Counted from the first letter of the whole stretch, positions 11,932 to 24,217 are shown. The stretch is 61,599 nucleotides of DNA, filler included, from Choristocarpus tenellus KU-1152 (GCA_964200185.2; 11 parts of 11 records of this genome joined end to end with filler, not necessarily neighbours in it); one strand, 5' to 3'. Made by a program: numbers and translations. Notes: generated by a model from the letters alone, not told the origin.

Positions 11932-14900
11932 CTTCAATAGCGCGATTACCAAAGCATGCACCGACACTTTGATTTGGACCAAGGTCACTTGCAACCTTTC
12001 TCCGTGCAGTTTTCCTTTTTTCTAACTACTCATTGGTCGCCAGCATACCCTGGCCTACGTGGCCCCTAAACTGGTCCCTACTTTGTAACTTCTGGCAGTA
12101 AGTCTTAGGGTACCCGTTCAATAATTATTGGAGCAAGACAACCCAAACGAAACTCACAATCCTCACCCCAAACTACAGGCAATAAGGGGGGGGGTAAACT
12201 ATACGTGTAACAAGACTTAGTGTGTCGTTGAGTTTGATTTCGTCAACTTCGACCCAGATCAAACGAGGTTGGGTTGCACACTACAACATAATTGTTGCCA
12301 CACCACCCTTTGTTGCATATTTCTGACTCGAGTTATTAGCCTCTTTTGAACAAAGTTGCATACGTCTTCAATAACTGGGGAATCGATACGGGCCACGCAA
12401 TCTGGAGAAGCAGCTACGTTGATGTGGTATGTTTTTGACTTAATATTTGATTTGTCAAGGAATTCATTACGAGTCAACGGATTCCCAGTTATTAGCACAG
12501 AATATTATATTTCATTTTGAGGCTAGTTATATTTGACACAACATCCATCCCAACTTGATGTTCAACCTAGCTTCTACTTCCAAACATGTTTTTAATTTGA
12601 TGATTCCTGATGGTCTTGGACATCGAGAGTGCCACAAAGGTTCTGAAGGTTCCTCTTTCTTACTTCTAGTTTGTAGTAGTAGTTTTTTGATTTGTTCGTC
12701 AGTTTATTTTCCACTGTCTTTGCGTTCAACGGCCAAGTCACCAAAAACATGGTTGTGATGGGAAGTTTAATATTAATTGAAATATAGATGTCAGAGAAAA
12801 TGAGACAAACACTGAGACCAACACTAGAAAAAGAAACACCTTGTTCTACTCTCCGCTTTTTTTTAATACAACATTCATCATTCAATTTCCTTCATTTCAT
12901 TAATACCATTACCCTAACCTCACCTAGGGACACCACCAAATAACAAAAAGAAGTCTTGCTGTAAGTCTCTCATTTTATGATCCCATCATGTGCATCTATT
13001 TTGAAACCTACTCTACCCATTTCCGCAGTCGTGTTTGATACGGAAGTAGGTTCGTCCTCTCCGATGAAACGGTCACAAAAAAAACAGATACCAACACAAA
13101 GGAAGAGAAAAATGTGTAGGATGGAGTGACAGCATGTTGAAGATGAAAGAACGATATTACAGTTTTGAATCAGATGTTGATGTTGAGTTGCACAGAGATT
13201 AAGGAGTGTTCTTTTGTATTGTATGGTTGTAATTCCAGTATGTTATAGTGAAGTAGGGAATGGTTGGGGGTTAAAAACGGACGCTGGCACCCCCCCCCCC
13301 CAGATAGATACCTAGGTTCAAAAGATAAAAGGTTGAATTTTGGTAAATCAGGTTGAAGTTATGTTTAGAATTATTTAATATATTGAACTCGTGTTGCATT
13401 GACGAAGTTACAGTGCGATCTTCATCCTTGCATGTTGCTGATGTACGGCCATTACATCCCCTCACCCATCCATGTTCATGAAAAAACCTCTTGTGTTAGA
13501 ACTGACTTTTTGGCCGTGTAGAGAATACGAACTGTGGGTTACCCATTTTGATCTTTTTGTTTTCGTTGAATATTAACTAAATATATACTCACCCAGACCT
13601 ACAAAAGTATTAAGAGTCGAAGATGTCACGTGACGGTTACTTTGAACCTTGACTGCCCACTACGAAACTTCTACCTTGTCTGATGTCCTCGACCACTATA
13701 TTGAGGTATCATGAATATTTATATCAGAGTTTTCAAGTTAGTGTGAATCTGTGGATCTATCTGTGGAGTAAACGAAGTGATACAGGAACATAAGATAAGT
13801 ATTGAAGTTTCCACATATATGGGAAGACATTCCTAGCGATTGAGGCCTGCCAAAATGCCCTTGTCTGCTCACCAACCCAATGAGAAAATATAATTCATCG
13901 ATCTATCGCCTGACAAGTTTGTTGACAATTGGTACAGTGAATCAATTGAATTGTGATTTCACACTAAACGGCAAAAAATCAAAATCCAACATTGACGTTA
14001 GTTTTAGTTTTGGTTCTTTTCACGCGAAACGACTCTTTGCCCGCTCTACGTTCAGACCTTGGGTTTTGTGACCCCATTGGAGATGAAATACCCAATTCCA
14101 TGTGGAGTCACCCTCTCTACCTTTGTTTTCCGTTTTAATGGAGCTCAAGGATTCGTGCTCCTCAAATCGTGCCCTTCTGCATGGTACGTTTCAAATCAAA
14201 ATGAACTATATACATTTTTTTGGTCAACATAATGTGCCACTCGTTACCATAAACAGGCCCCAAAACAAGTCTTACGAACTCTCAGTTTATCCTACTCTTT
14301 CCTCTCCTCAAATGAGCCAAACCAATTGAGCGGTAGGCAGAATTCGACTCTTTTGCATTCCAAGCCATCTTTCTTGCCCAGTGCAGTATACTCTATTTCA
14401 ATTGCTTGATGTGCTCGAAATTGTGTGCAAAACTGATTTTATACCTTTCCACGCATAAGGGGATACCACTATTCAGCAACAGCTCTTTCTACCGTAGTAC
14501 AAAAGAGCATATTTTTCCCCTAAGGAACCTTAACATTCAATCCTGCCTACCTCTCAGTTGGTTTGACTCAATCTGACTCAACAGCAAAAGCAGATGGTTT
14601 GAAGTCGGCTTTTGTACCCTCTTGACATCAGAAATGTGTACAGGGACGGAGAAATAACGAGGAAGAGAAGCAGCGCCAGTATCAAAGAAGAACCTGACAT
14701 ACTAACATGTCATTGAGCAATAGCATAGACATATGATATTTTTCAGCACTTTAGTCGCATGCGAAAGAAATCAAATTTGCCATACGATATCACCCCTGTC
14801 TAAGAAGGTCGGTACTGCTAGTAACCCATCCATGAAGATCCTTTCCAAGGCACATATTGGAGTATCAAAGATCGGCCAAAGCACATAATCCTAGCCCAAA

Positions 14901-16169
14901 CCCGAACTCTAATCCTAACTCTCAACCCATGTGTCACCCAACAGAACCATACCAAAGCCATCATGCATATCATACATCACACAAGAAGTTCGTGTATATC
15001 AAGTAAACATGGACCAGAGTAGACCGAACAAAACATTTACTATTACAACATTTGATCACAACTACTTCGATGTTGTAGTGGAAGTTCATCATTCTTCACT
15101 ATTGACATTGATAGGAGTGGTGTCCCCACTCTGTTCTTCTCCAGCTGCAGATCTAGACACCTCTTCCTCCTCTCCACCTGACAGTCCCATGCTATAGGAG
15201 TCACTCTCGACATCCTGGTTGGAGGCAATGTTGCAATGAGCCCTGGAGTCGAGCTCTCTGACACCCCCCATGGCCTTTTCAGCTTGTTCTACACTCCATT
15301 GATAGTTTTCAATATTACTGCAAATACAGACCACGCACTGTCCTGAACGGGTTGGAGTAATTTCCTCTTCCTCTGCGTTTGTACAACCCCTGTCACAAGT
15401 TCATTTGCCTACAGATTTGGCAACGTCCACAGCGAGGTCAAACTCTCCATCATCATGACCTGCAACTGCTTTGTAGATAGGATACCTCTCAAAAATGATA
15501 ATGTACAATGCTGCTCGGGTTCCACAGGTCTCCTGTTCCAGTATGAGCATGGAGTTGAGATCTGTGTTGCTTAAGATCTGTACAATACCAGGCTTGGCAA
15601 TGCTGTGCTCCTTCGTGAAACTTCTGGCATGTTGAGAGCAGTCAGAATATCGAAGTTGGCCCACATGGGTAACTTCGTATTGTGTTTTACTTCCTTTTCA
15701 TTGTCAATACACAGCTCCAATTCTTGCACATTGTCATCATCGTGGACCTCTAGATCAGATGTAAGACAAGTGTGAGTAAGGTGGAGGGTGAGAAATACGT
15801 GTAGAGGAACAGATGGCTACTTGTTAAACGACAAGAGTCCCTGCACATACCAAGCTTGCTGCACTACAAACGATAACAACTGGTGCCTACTACAGAGTGA
15901 TGAAGGGCATATGTAGTCCTTGCATCTGTAGTGGGTTCCATGTGAGTTGAAAGTTGGCGACATGAATAAAATACCTCTTGGTCACACATATTTGCCAATA
16001 CTCACTATGACATTTAGTCGTAGCTGCCAGCCAAGGTTCTCAAGACTGTGTCAAGATCTGCATACTCCAGATTAAAGGGGGTCCAAGTATCTGGGGGGGG
16101 GGGGGGGCCCGTGTCCGGGTTTGACCGGGGGTCTGCAGAAGGGGGCATGTTGTGCCCGAGAATGGTTAA

Positions 16170-16269
16170 NNNNNNNNNNNNNNNNNNNNNNNNNNNNNNN
16201 NNNNNNNNNNNNNTTAATTAATTAANNNNNNNNNNNNNNNNNNNNNNNNNNNNNNNNNNNNNNNNNNNN
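16170..16269. other. Artificial contig spacer (44 N + TTAATTAATTAA + 44 N)
   Basis: The same 100-bp spacer starts at 19420, 23543, 28777, 33706, 37071, 42892, 47329, 53169 and 58852. The 12-mer places stops in all six frames. Confidence 0.98.
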
Positions 16270-16860
16270 CCACTAATCAGGTACTTCAGCACAATCAAAT
16301 ATTGTACTACTGTCGTCCTTATCTTCCCAACTACCTATTCCTGTGCCTCTGGGGGGGAGCTAATGAAGCATCCCAAGAATCCAACAGACCTATATCGTAG
16401 TAATGATAGTGAAAATAATTTCCATATTTCCATCACATCAGTCTGAAGAGTCCCATACCCATTGTAAAAAAAAATACTCCAGACATCTGATATAACACAA
16501 CATAAGAAGAGAGGAGAGAGAAAAGTTAGAAGAGCAAAGAAGAATACAGATCAACAATCTGCAACAAAATTTCAAATTGCAAGACCTGACCTGAGGTTAG
16601 TGATCTACCTCAACACATCGGCATCCTCCTGAGTAAGGGTAACCAAGAGGAGGAAAGTAAAAGAAGAGTTGATTGGCATGCCTCATCCCGTCCATCACTA
16701 CCACATGAGAAAAAGCTCCCAAGAAATCTCAGTTGAAGGAAGAAATTATACCTAGTCTAGTGCACCAGGGAGGGAAAAGGAACTCAAGATTAGGCAAGGA
16801 CTCGGCCCATCAAACCGGGGAGAAAAACACCACAGAGACAACTTAGTAGTAGTGATTAGG

Positions 16861-16945
16861 CAGCGGGGACTGGGTCTGAACCCTGATCTCCTCGTCCTGC
16901 CTACCTGCCACTTCAACAAGGTGTAGGCCACCTAGTGCTGTCTCT
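16861..16945 (-). mobile_element. Possible tRNA-derived SINE head, degenerate
   Basis: Minus strand has A-box-like GGTGGCCTAC..GTTG and B-box-like GGGTTCAGACCC about 40 nt apart. No convincing cloverleaf. Confidence 0.3.
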
Positions 16946-17049
16946 CTGTGGTGCCACTACTCATCCATAAGTACTTGGCTCCATCTACCACACGTGCACA
17001 CCATTGATCATATTGAATTACTATCATATGGTCTTCCACTCCTCACTTG

Positions 17050-17330
17050 TTACCCAGAAATTCTTGAGATTACCTTACACGCATCCTCCGGTTTTTCTCC
17101 TGCCCGCATGGCTTTCCGTTCTTCACTTCCACTAGATCCACAAACACCATCGTCTTCGGAAGTCTGGCATCCCCCATACGTGTAACCAATCCCGTGAACA
17201 AGAGTCTCCTCTTCCGTACGGTCTCCTCAATAACTGTCACAGCCAGTCTTCACGAGGCCACCCCTGTGGTAGGAGATGTTGTGGTGAGCATGTTCCTGCT
17301 TGTGGCAGTCGATGCAGCATAGTGGGAATC
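17050..17330 (-). mobile_element. RTE-clade LINE, C-terminal fragment (frameshifted)
   Basis: NISYHR..LVKTGCDS / IEETVRKRRLLFTGLVTRMGDARLPKTMVF matches the RTE 3' motif RxRRLxxxGxxxRMxxxRLPK. Confidence 0.75.
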
Positions 17331-17422
17331 TATATATCCTATAGTAGAATCTCAGTTGGGCATATTGGACCTTGCAAAGCCTCCATATCATTCAACCATA
17401 TAGGAGGATTTCTAGCACTTCC

Positions 17423-17738
17423 TGTGCAAAGTAGGACAATAGTGAGGTGTACCTTATTTTGTGTATGAGAGATGTAACTAATGCGATAGTACATCCGGAT
17501 TATGAATGGGAATATGTATGGGGTTTTATTTTGCATTCAACTACTTTGCCATAACCATGGACTAATGTATGAAGCACAAATAAATAATAAACAAGCAATG
17601 AGAAGACACCACACAAAGGTCACTCTTCTAATTTCAACCATCCTTTCTTTTTTTACGTTCAGCAAAGGGGGTCGTGTGAGGCTTCACACCTTCTTATCTT
17701 CACTACAAATAGCATTACCTCCCAAGGTAATTTGCACA
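17423..17738 (+). mobile_element. Solo LTR of a Ty1/Copia family
   Basis: Termini TGTGCAAA...TTTGCACA, flanked by a 5-bp duplication CTTCC (17418-17422 and 17739-17743). Similar along its length to 18136-18473. Confidence 0.88.
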
Positions 17739-17814
17739 CTTCCGCCTCGAGCATTCAGATCTTGAGGTAAGGTCATACACTGGGGGAGTTGTCATTCGGC
17801 ACTTGGCTGTACTT

Positions 17815-18073
17815 GAGACAAAGTATCTTAGAGAGTAGATCCGCGTCCAATTGGGGGCCAAAATCCAATGTTGTGATTTTAATCTAATTTTGGCTATCGT
17901 AATAGTTAGGAAGTGTCAATATCCCTGTTCTGGGCACATCTTTTCATAAAGTATACGTTTTACCTACTCTGAAACATTTTGGAGTGGGAAAGCGTCATAG
18001 AAAAATGCATGGGAAGCCAAGCCCCAAACGGACAAACAGGGCAAAACTCGTACCCTCTAAGATAATTTCACCA
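17815..18073. mobile_element. MITE family 1, copy a
   Basis: TIR GAGWSAAAGTATCTTAGAG...; internal sequence matches the other copies. Confidence 0.85.
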
Positions 18074-18135
18074 GGCCTTTGGTTCCATCGAACGATCGCA
18101 GCAGAGATATCAGCATCATTACTGATGGTTCCCCC

Positions 18136-19419
18136 TGTCCAAAATAGGACAATCGTAAGGTGTACCCTGTTTTGTGTGTGTGAGATTATACCATTGGATT
18201 GAGCCCATGTGATGTATGTAATTAATGAGATAGTACATCCCGTGAATATGCGGAGTTTGTTGTTGCATTTAAACCGCTCTGACATAGCCGTTGACCTATG
18301 TACGAGACACAAATTATTATCAAGAACAAGCAATAAGAAGACACCCTGTAAGGTCGCTCTTCTAATTTCATCCACCCATCCTTTTCACATTCGGCAGAGG
18401 AGTTGTGTGGGGCTCCACACCTTTTGTCTTCACTACTGATCAAATAGCAATATTTTCCAGGGTTAATTGCACAGGTTATGAGCCTTAGTAGTATGGAGAC
18501 CAATCTGAAGAAACTTGCTGTCGGGACGCGGGCCACAGGACGATCATTGGAGACCTGGTCCACTTGAAGATTGTCGTTGATAGACCCCTCTGGGGAAAAA
18601 GAATGTAAGATATCACAACGAGGGACTACAAAACTTCCCAAACTCCCACAATCACTTCAGAGGCGGAGGTGAGCACGGCACATACCACCTACATTAAGAC
18701 CAACAAGCCATTTGGTTCCTGCTTATCCAAGCAACAATGGATTCAGCATTGGCAATTTTAGCTAGATTTGAAAACGAGGGTCAGCCGTACGGCAGAGGGG
18801 CTTGGTTAGAACTAGAAAGAGTCTATGGAGGACGTGCGGTGAACGAGATCCCCGTGCAGCTCATTACAAAGGAGTCAAAACTTCAAGAACTCTGATGTTC
18901 TGCGTCACAGCACAGCACGGATTTTGTAATCAAACTTGAGCGGCTTTTTGCCGATTTCAAGCAACTATACCAGATACTACTGTGGCATCGGAATTGCAAT
19001 GCAAAGTATGCAAGGAGTGTAAATCAGAGGCTCTAGCTATCAACGAGGCAGCAGGGCCAACAAGCAGCCTGGCGAGGTCATACAAACGGATTTGGTGGGA
19101 CCATTCCAACCAAACACTACTGGTCACAAAGACTTCCAGGTGTTGTCAATGAGAACAGCTGAGACAAGCAGTTATACGGATTGAAAACTAAAGACGCAGC
19201 GACAGACACAAATGTTGCCTATATCAACCCGATGGCTAGGGAAAGCGTACAAGTTCAATGCATCAGCGGGGATCGTGCTGGTGAGCTTGGGAGGTCGGAA
19301 AAATTCCAAAGGATGCTGGTGAACACAACGGTATCAGAGGGAGAAATTAGTTCGTAGATAGTGCTGCTGGTACACTATAGACACCATTATTGGTGGAGTA
19401 GATTAGGAAATGCAGACAC
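18136..19419 (+). mobile_element. Ty1/Copia LTR retrotransposon, decayed 5' part (LTR, PBS, integrase remnant)
   Basis: LTR 18136-18473 (TGTCC...TGCACA), then PBS GGTTATGAGCC. Integrase motifs RANKQPGEVIQTDLVGPFQP (~19053-19110) and VQCISGDRAGEL (~19253-19290). Cut by the contig end. Confidence 0.85.
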
Positions 19420-19519
19420 NNNNNNNNNNNNNNNNNNNNNNNNNNNNNNNNNNNNNNNNNNNNTTAATTAATTAANNNNNNNNNNNNNNNNNNNNNNNNN
19501 NNNNNNNNNNNNNNNNNNN

Positions 19520-22500
19520 CATGGTCACAATGAGGTTCTTCCAATGCGCCCCCCTCTGTGGTGCCAGCCCTGTCCGCATTAAAGAGCTGAGTCACCTCCT
19601 CCAAGCGCAATTGCCAAGTACGAAGCTGGCGCCTTAAGGACGCCAGCCGTTCCCTTTTTTCCTTTTCCTGTTTGGTTGGCTGGTTGTGGACGACGGGCCA
19701 TGGACAAAGCAGTTATTGGTGGCATCAGAGTGAAAGTATCTTAGCGGCTAAGAGTGTTTGGGCTGCTTGTTCGTTCCGGGCTCTTGGCTTCCCATGGGGT
19801 TTTTTCCATGCCCCCTTTTCGGTTTTCTGTTTGAACACAGTTACCCTAACCCTAAAATGTATACGAATGACTATGAAAGGTGTGTCTGGAGCAAGGATAT
19901 TGACACTTGCTGGCAAGCACGATAGCCAAAATTACATCAAAATCGCAACATCGGATTTATGATCTTGAACGGACGCAGCCTTATCCTCTCAAATGCTTTG
20001 AGTCACTTTTTTGCTTCATGGGTCAGTGACGAAGAAGGTATCCCAGTGCAACAGAGAGGCAACAGAAACTCCTATAGAAATTCAAAAGTTGTAATGACCC
20101 AAAGTATCTAGGGGGGGGGGAGGGTCTACACCAGGGTGTCCATTCGGATCAAAACCAGGAAAAGTGCACTTTTATTATCCAACGTATGGAACCAAATCAC
20201 CTAAAAATCGCGACATGAAAAAATTGGCCCCAAATGGACGGCCGCCCCCTCCTCCCCAGATACTTTGAGCCAGGGTCAAAAACGGACGCCGGCAACCCCC
20301 CCCCCAGATACTTTGACCCTGATCAATTGATAAAAAAAAAAGATATCTTTTGTGTCGAAGTCCATCATGGAACGGGGGGAAAAGTATCTGGGGGGGGGGG
20401 CAGCTGTCCATTCGGGACCCATTTTAATGTCACGATTTTTTGTTTTGATCTTGACATCATAATACGGTCCACACAAATCCAAGCGCCAAGGACCTATCCA
20501 AAGTGTAAGATATTCCACACTTCATCAAAACAGGACCAATCCTCCACGACTAAAAGATGCCCAAATAGACAAATTTTCCAACACCTGGTCAGGGCCCAGA
20601 TGGACACCCTGGGCTAGACCCTCCCCCTCCCCCCCAGATACTTTGACCCCAACGATCCAGTTCAGTTGTTGACATCTTCCTCGTCGAATCAAACTGAGAA
20701 TTGGCGGCCGGCTGTTCAAAATTATTGGCACTTTTTTTTCAATTATAGAGTGAAGGTATCTTATCAAGAGAGGGTGCGAGTTTCGCCCTGTTTGTCCATT
20801 TGAGGTTTGGCCTTCCAATGGGTTTTTTTATGACATTTTTTCTACTCCAGAATTTTTAGGAGTAGATAAAATGTTTAAGTTATGAAAATGTGTGTCCGAA
20901 ACATAGATATCGGCACTTCCTAACAAACACGACAGCCAAAATTACATCAAAATCGCAACGTTAGATTTTGACCCCCAAATAGACACGACTCTACCCTCTA
21001 AGATACTTTGGCTCATCTTCGTTTGCATGTGTGCTTATCGACTAGAGGTGGACAACATCTATTTCGGTCCACCCCTTCCCAATCTAAACAGGGGCAACAG
21101 GGAATTTTTTCCGGAGGCAGGAACACTCACGGGTCAATTGCTCGATGTCAAAGAGCTGAAAAGCATATCACGCCATTACCATGGGGCGCATTTTTTTTTT
21201 TCTTGTAGCACTGCTCTCGTTGATCTGAAACGACAGAACAACATTTGCTCTTCCTAGGTTTAAGTTTGGCAAGGCCGTATCACTCATTGGTCACTTTTCT
21301 TGTAAGGACCTGACAACTGTATTGAGCCAGGTCCCAATGTGCCCAATGTTGAAGATAGACACCTCAGCCCAGTCACAAATGACCCGCACACTATATATAT
21401 ATAGCACACATTTAGAGTCAAAGTAAATGGAGAGGAGACACCCAGGCTTTGGCCGTTTTTCACTTCAAGCCACTTTTTGTTCATATTTGTGATTCAGAGT
21501 GAAAGTATCTTAGAGGGTACGAGTTTTGCCCTGTTTGTCCATTTGGAGCTTGGCTTCCCATGGGTTTGTTATGACATTTTCCTACTTCGAAATGTTTCGT
21601 AGTTGATGAAACGTATACGTTTTGGAGTAGGTATCATATGTGTGTCTGGAACAAGGATATTGACACTTCCTAACAAACACGATAGCCAAAATTACATCTA
21701 AAGTGCACCATTGGATTTTGGCCCTAAACCGAAACGACTCTACCCCCTCTAAGATACTTTGACTCTCACCCTTATTCCTATGGGTGACGTGCCGAGATTG
21801 ACTTGAGTGCGTTTATTTCCCTGTTGTTTATTATTAATCTTGGACGGAATTCATAAAAGTCCCTGTACATTCATTTGTGTAAAAAAAAAAAAAATTGTAC
21901 ACTTGACAACATCTTTTTAAATACCACCCACAACCCCAAGGGCCAGGCACGTCTTGTTTGCTTTGGCTCATAGCAGTAGGACGGGTCCATAGTATCCTAG
22001 AGGGGGGATAAGGCCGTCCATTCATTCGGGGCTTGTGTGAATCTGTAGTGATTTCACATTGTATTAGTGAACGTGTGGCAATTCATTTCCTTCACCTGAA
22101 TGCACATTCCTTTTCCGTACACACACCCCTGCTGCCTGAAACCAAATCTGAAGGAGATTCACCCACAAAACGGGGCATCAAACTGGGGTATTTTACAACA
22201 CCCCATCAAGCACCAAAATGGACCACTCACTCGGCCTAAATGCCCCCTCACCTCTAGGGTACTAAGGATCACAATGCGTCAGTCTCGCCGTGGCACCATT
22301 GTTTAAACCTCACCTTGTGCTGGGAACCGTGGGGTGAAGTTTCTTGGTCTTGGTGGGGGCTAATAGCATCACCACTCAACAGCCTCTCGTCGTGTGTGCC
22401 CAGGGCGCGTGCAATACGCTTGGCAGTTACGGCGTTTTTGTGATCGAGTATGTCACTCTGCTTCCGTAGGTTCAGTATCAGGCGTTTGATCTACTCGCGG

Positions 22501-23424
22501 AGAGTAGTGAAAGGTGGGGGGAGGGCTTGAGGGGTATATAGAGGTGAGCGTCATAAACATGCTTAGGGTTAGGGTTAGGGTTAAACGTGCTTCTTGTTCT
22601 TTCGCCTCATTGCTGCGGTCTCAAAGTTTGGTCTGGTTCGTATTCAGAGGGGGCGCTTGACAGCAGTGCAGTGCATTGCTTTGTTAAGGCTCTGATCCGA
22701 GGAGTTCCGGTTCGATAGGCAGAGAGGAGTGCGAAAATGGTCTAAAAGAAATAGAGATGTCCCTTTGTATGGAGTTGGTACAGAGTAGTTCGTTCTACAA
22801 TGAGACGCTTTGTTTGTCCACTCCGGAACATTATTGAGGTCTTGGGTTAGGCCACAGTTGGCGTTGAAGACCAAAGGAAGTTAGCACATCCCTTTGCATG
22901 ACGACCCAAGTATATATATATATATATAGTACGTCTGCTCGAAAGGACCTCGTGCCAGGGGGTGCTTGATCTTAGTGGATTCAATACGAAGATGTCCATT
23001 TCTGCTCAGAGAGGAAACTACAGGGAGAATTAACGAAAAGGAAGTACCCAAGGTTACATTTTAAGGATGCAGATAAATGTCCACAATTCCTCCTCGGAAG
23101 CAAATGCATAGAAGGGCACTTTCAGCATTCTATCGAAATATTTCAAACATCGGAGGCAATCAATGCTCTCAAGTCAAGATTAGCTCTTTGTCCTTAGAAA
23201 TGAGGATGAATTGCAAAAATATGAAAAAAAAAAAGTGAGCGTGCAAAATGGTAAAAGGCCTGGGTGCCTATACTTTGCCTTGGCTTGTACTACAAGACTC
23301 TGTGGCAATCAGCTGCAAACCTGGTGGACAAAGGGATGTGCTGGTTACCAACCTGGGAGGGTAGGTGGTCCATAGCAGCGAAGATTTCTTGGTCCTCCTC
23401 AATCACGTCTTTCTTGAGGTGCAC
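19520..23424 (-). CDS. Internal exons of an unidentified protein, probably coiled-coil
   Basis: Phase-0 GT-AG exons 23424-23353 (VHLKKDVIEEDQEIFAAMDHLPSQ), 22490-22314 (IKRLILNLRKQSDILDHK...HGSQHK) and 19667-19520 (EKEKRERLASLRRQLRTWQLRLEEVTQLF..., runs to the contig end). Stop-free when joined. Confidence 0.65.
19728..20004. mobile_element. MITE family 1, copy b (internal hairpin replaced; contains a telomeric tract)
   Basis: GAGTGAAAGTATCTTAG left end, degenerate right end, ACCCTAACCCTAA at 19843-19855. Confidence 0.8.
20096..20649. mobile_element. Cluster of MITE family 2 copies (G-run TIRs)
   Basis: Copies at ~20096-20271, ~20273-20319 (deleted) and ~20376-20649, with ends CAAAGTATCTRGGGGG ... 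CCCCCAGATACTTTG. Confidence 0.82.
20748..21014. mobile_element. MITE family 1, copy c
   Basis: GAGTGAAGGTATCTT ... AAGATACTTTGGCTC. Confidence 0.88.
21497..21765. mobile_element. MITE family 1, copy d
   Basis: GAGTGAAAGTATCTTAGAGGG ... CCCTCTAAGATACTTTGACTC with 3-bp TSD TCA. Confidence 0.92.
21983..22270. mobile_element. MITE family 3 copy
   Basis: Starts GGGTCCATAGTATCCTAG; internal sequence similar to 24218-24488. Confidence 0.7.
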
Positions 23425-24217
23425 CTGTAGTGGAAGTGATTGCACATCTGAGATTAGGAATTTGTAGGGGGGGGGGGGGGGGGGGGGGGGGGTGTGGTGT
23501 TGGGTCGGCACGGAGGGAGGGACGGGAGGGGGGGGGGGGGGGNNNNNNNNNNNNNNNNNNNNNNNNNNNNNNNNNNNNNNNNNNNNTTAATTAATTAANN
23601 NNNNNNNNNNNNNNNNNNNNNNNNNNNNNNNNNNNNNNNNNNAGTCTAATCGAACACATCTTGCGAGCACATTCACCAGTTCTCTTCCTTTTCCCATCTG
23701 CAAGATCCGAAATCACCAACACCTCCATGTATGCTACTGACCCTGCAGATAGAGGTTTCTAATTTCGCAAAGCAAACTCGATACTCTCACTCCCAGTCTT
23801 CTCTAGGGCATCTTTTTCAGCAATCCGTATGTCCCCATTTGCGAAATCCGATGAGGAATAGGAGTAATTTCTGGTGACGGGAACGAAAACAAAATAAAGT
23901 GGATCTGGTGGAGTGTCCATGTTACGCCACCACATAACAGAAATTCAAGCACTTCAGCTCTGAGCACTCGGATGTTTAGCTCAAGTGACACCTGAGGTCC
24001 TGTCATAGAGTGCTTGACTGTATTTGGAGAAACAAGTCCAAGCTATCTATTTCCTGGTGATCACGGTGGGTGTATCAGCTTCCTCACTGGGTACCTCCAA
24101 GGTAAAACCTTGTTGGTCATGTAGTTTTGGTCCAAAGCTCGGATCTCATGATGCCTGTGGGCTTGTTGAGAGATCAAAGGCAAATCGCCTCTTCTTCTCT
24201 GACACGGTCAGCTTGAA

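Noticed and set aside
16170-16269. Regularly recurring TTAATTAATTAA palindrome
   Set aside because: Always centred in 44 N + 44 N. It is an artificial six-frame-stop linker, and gene neighbourhoods across it are not real.
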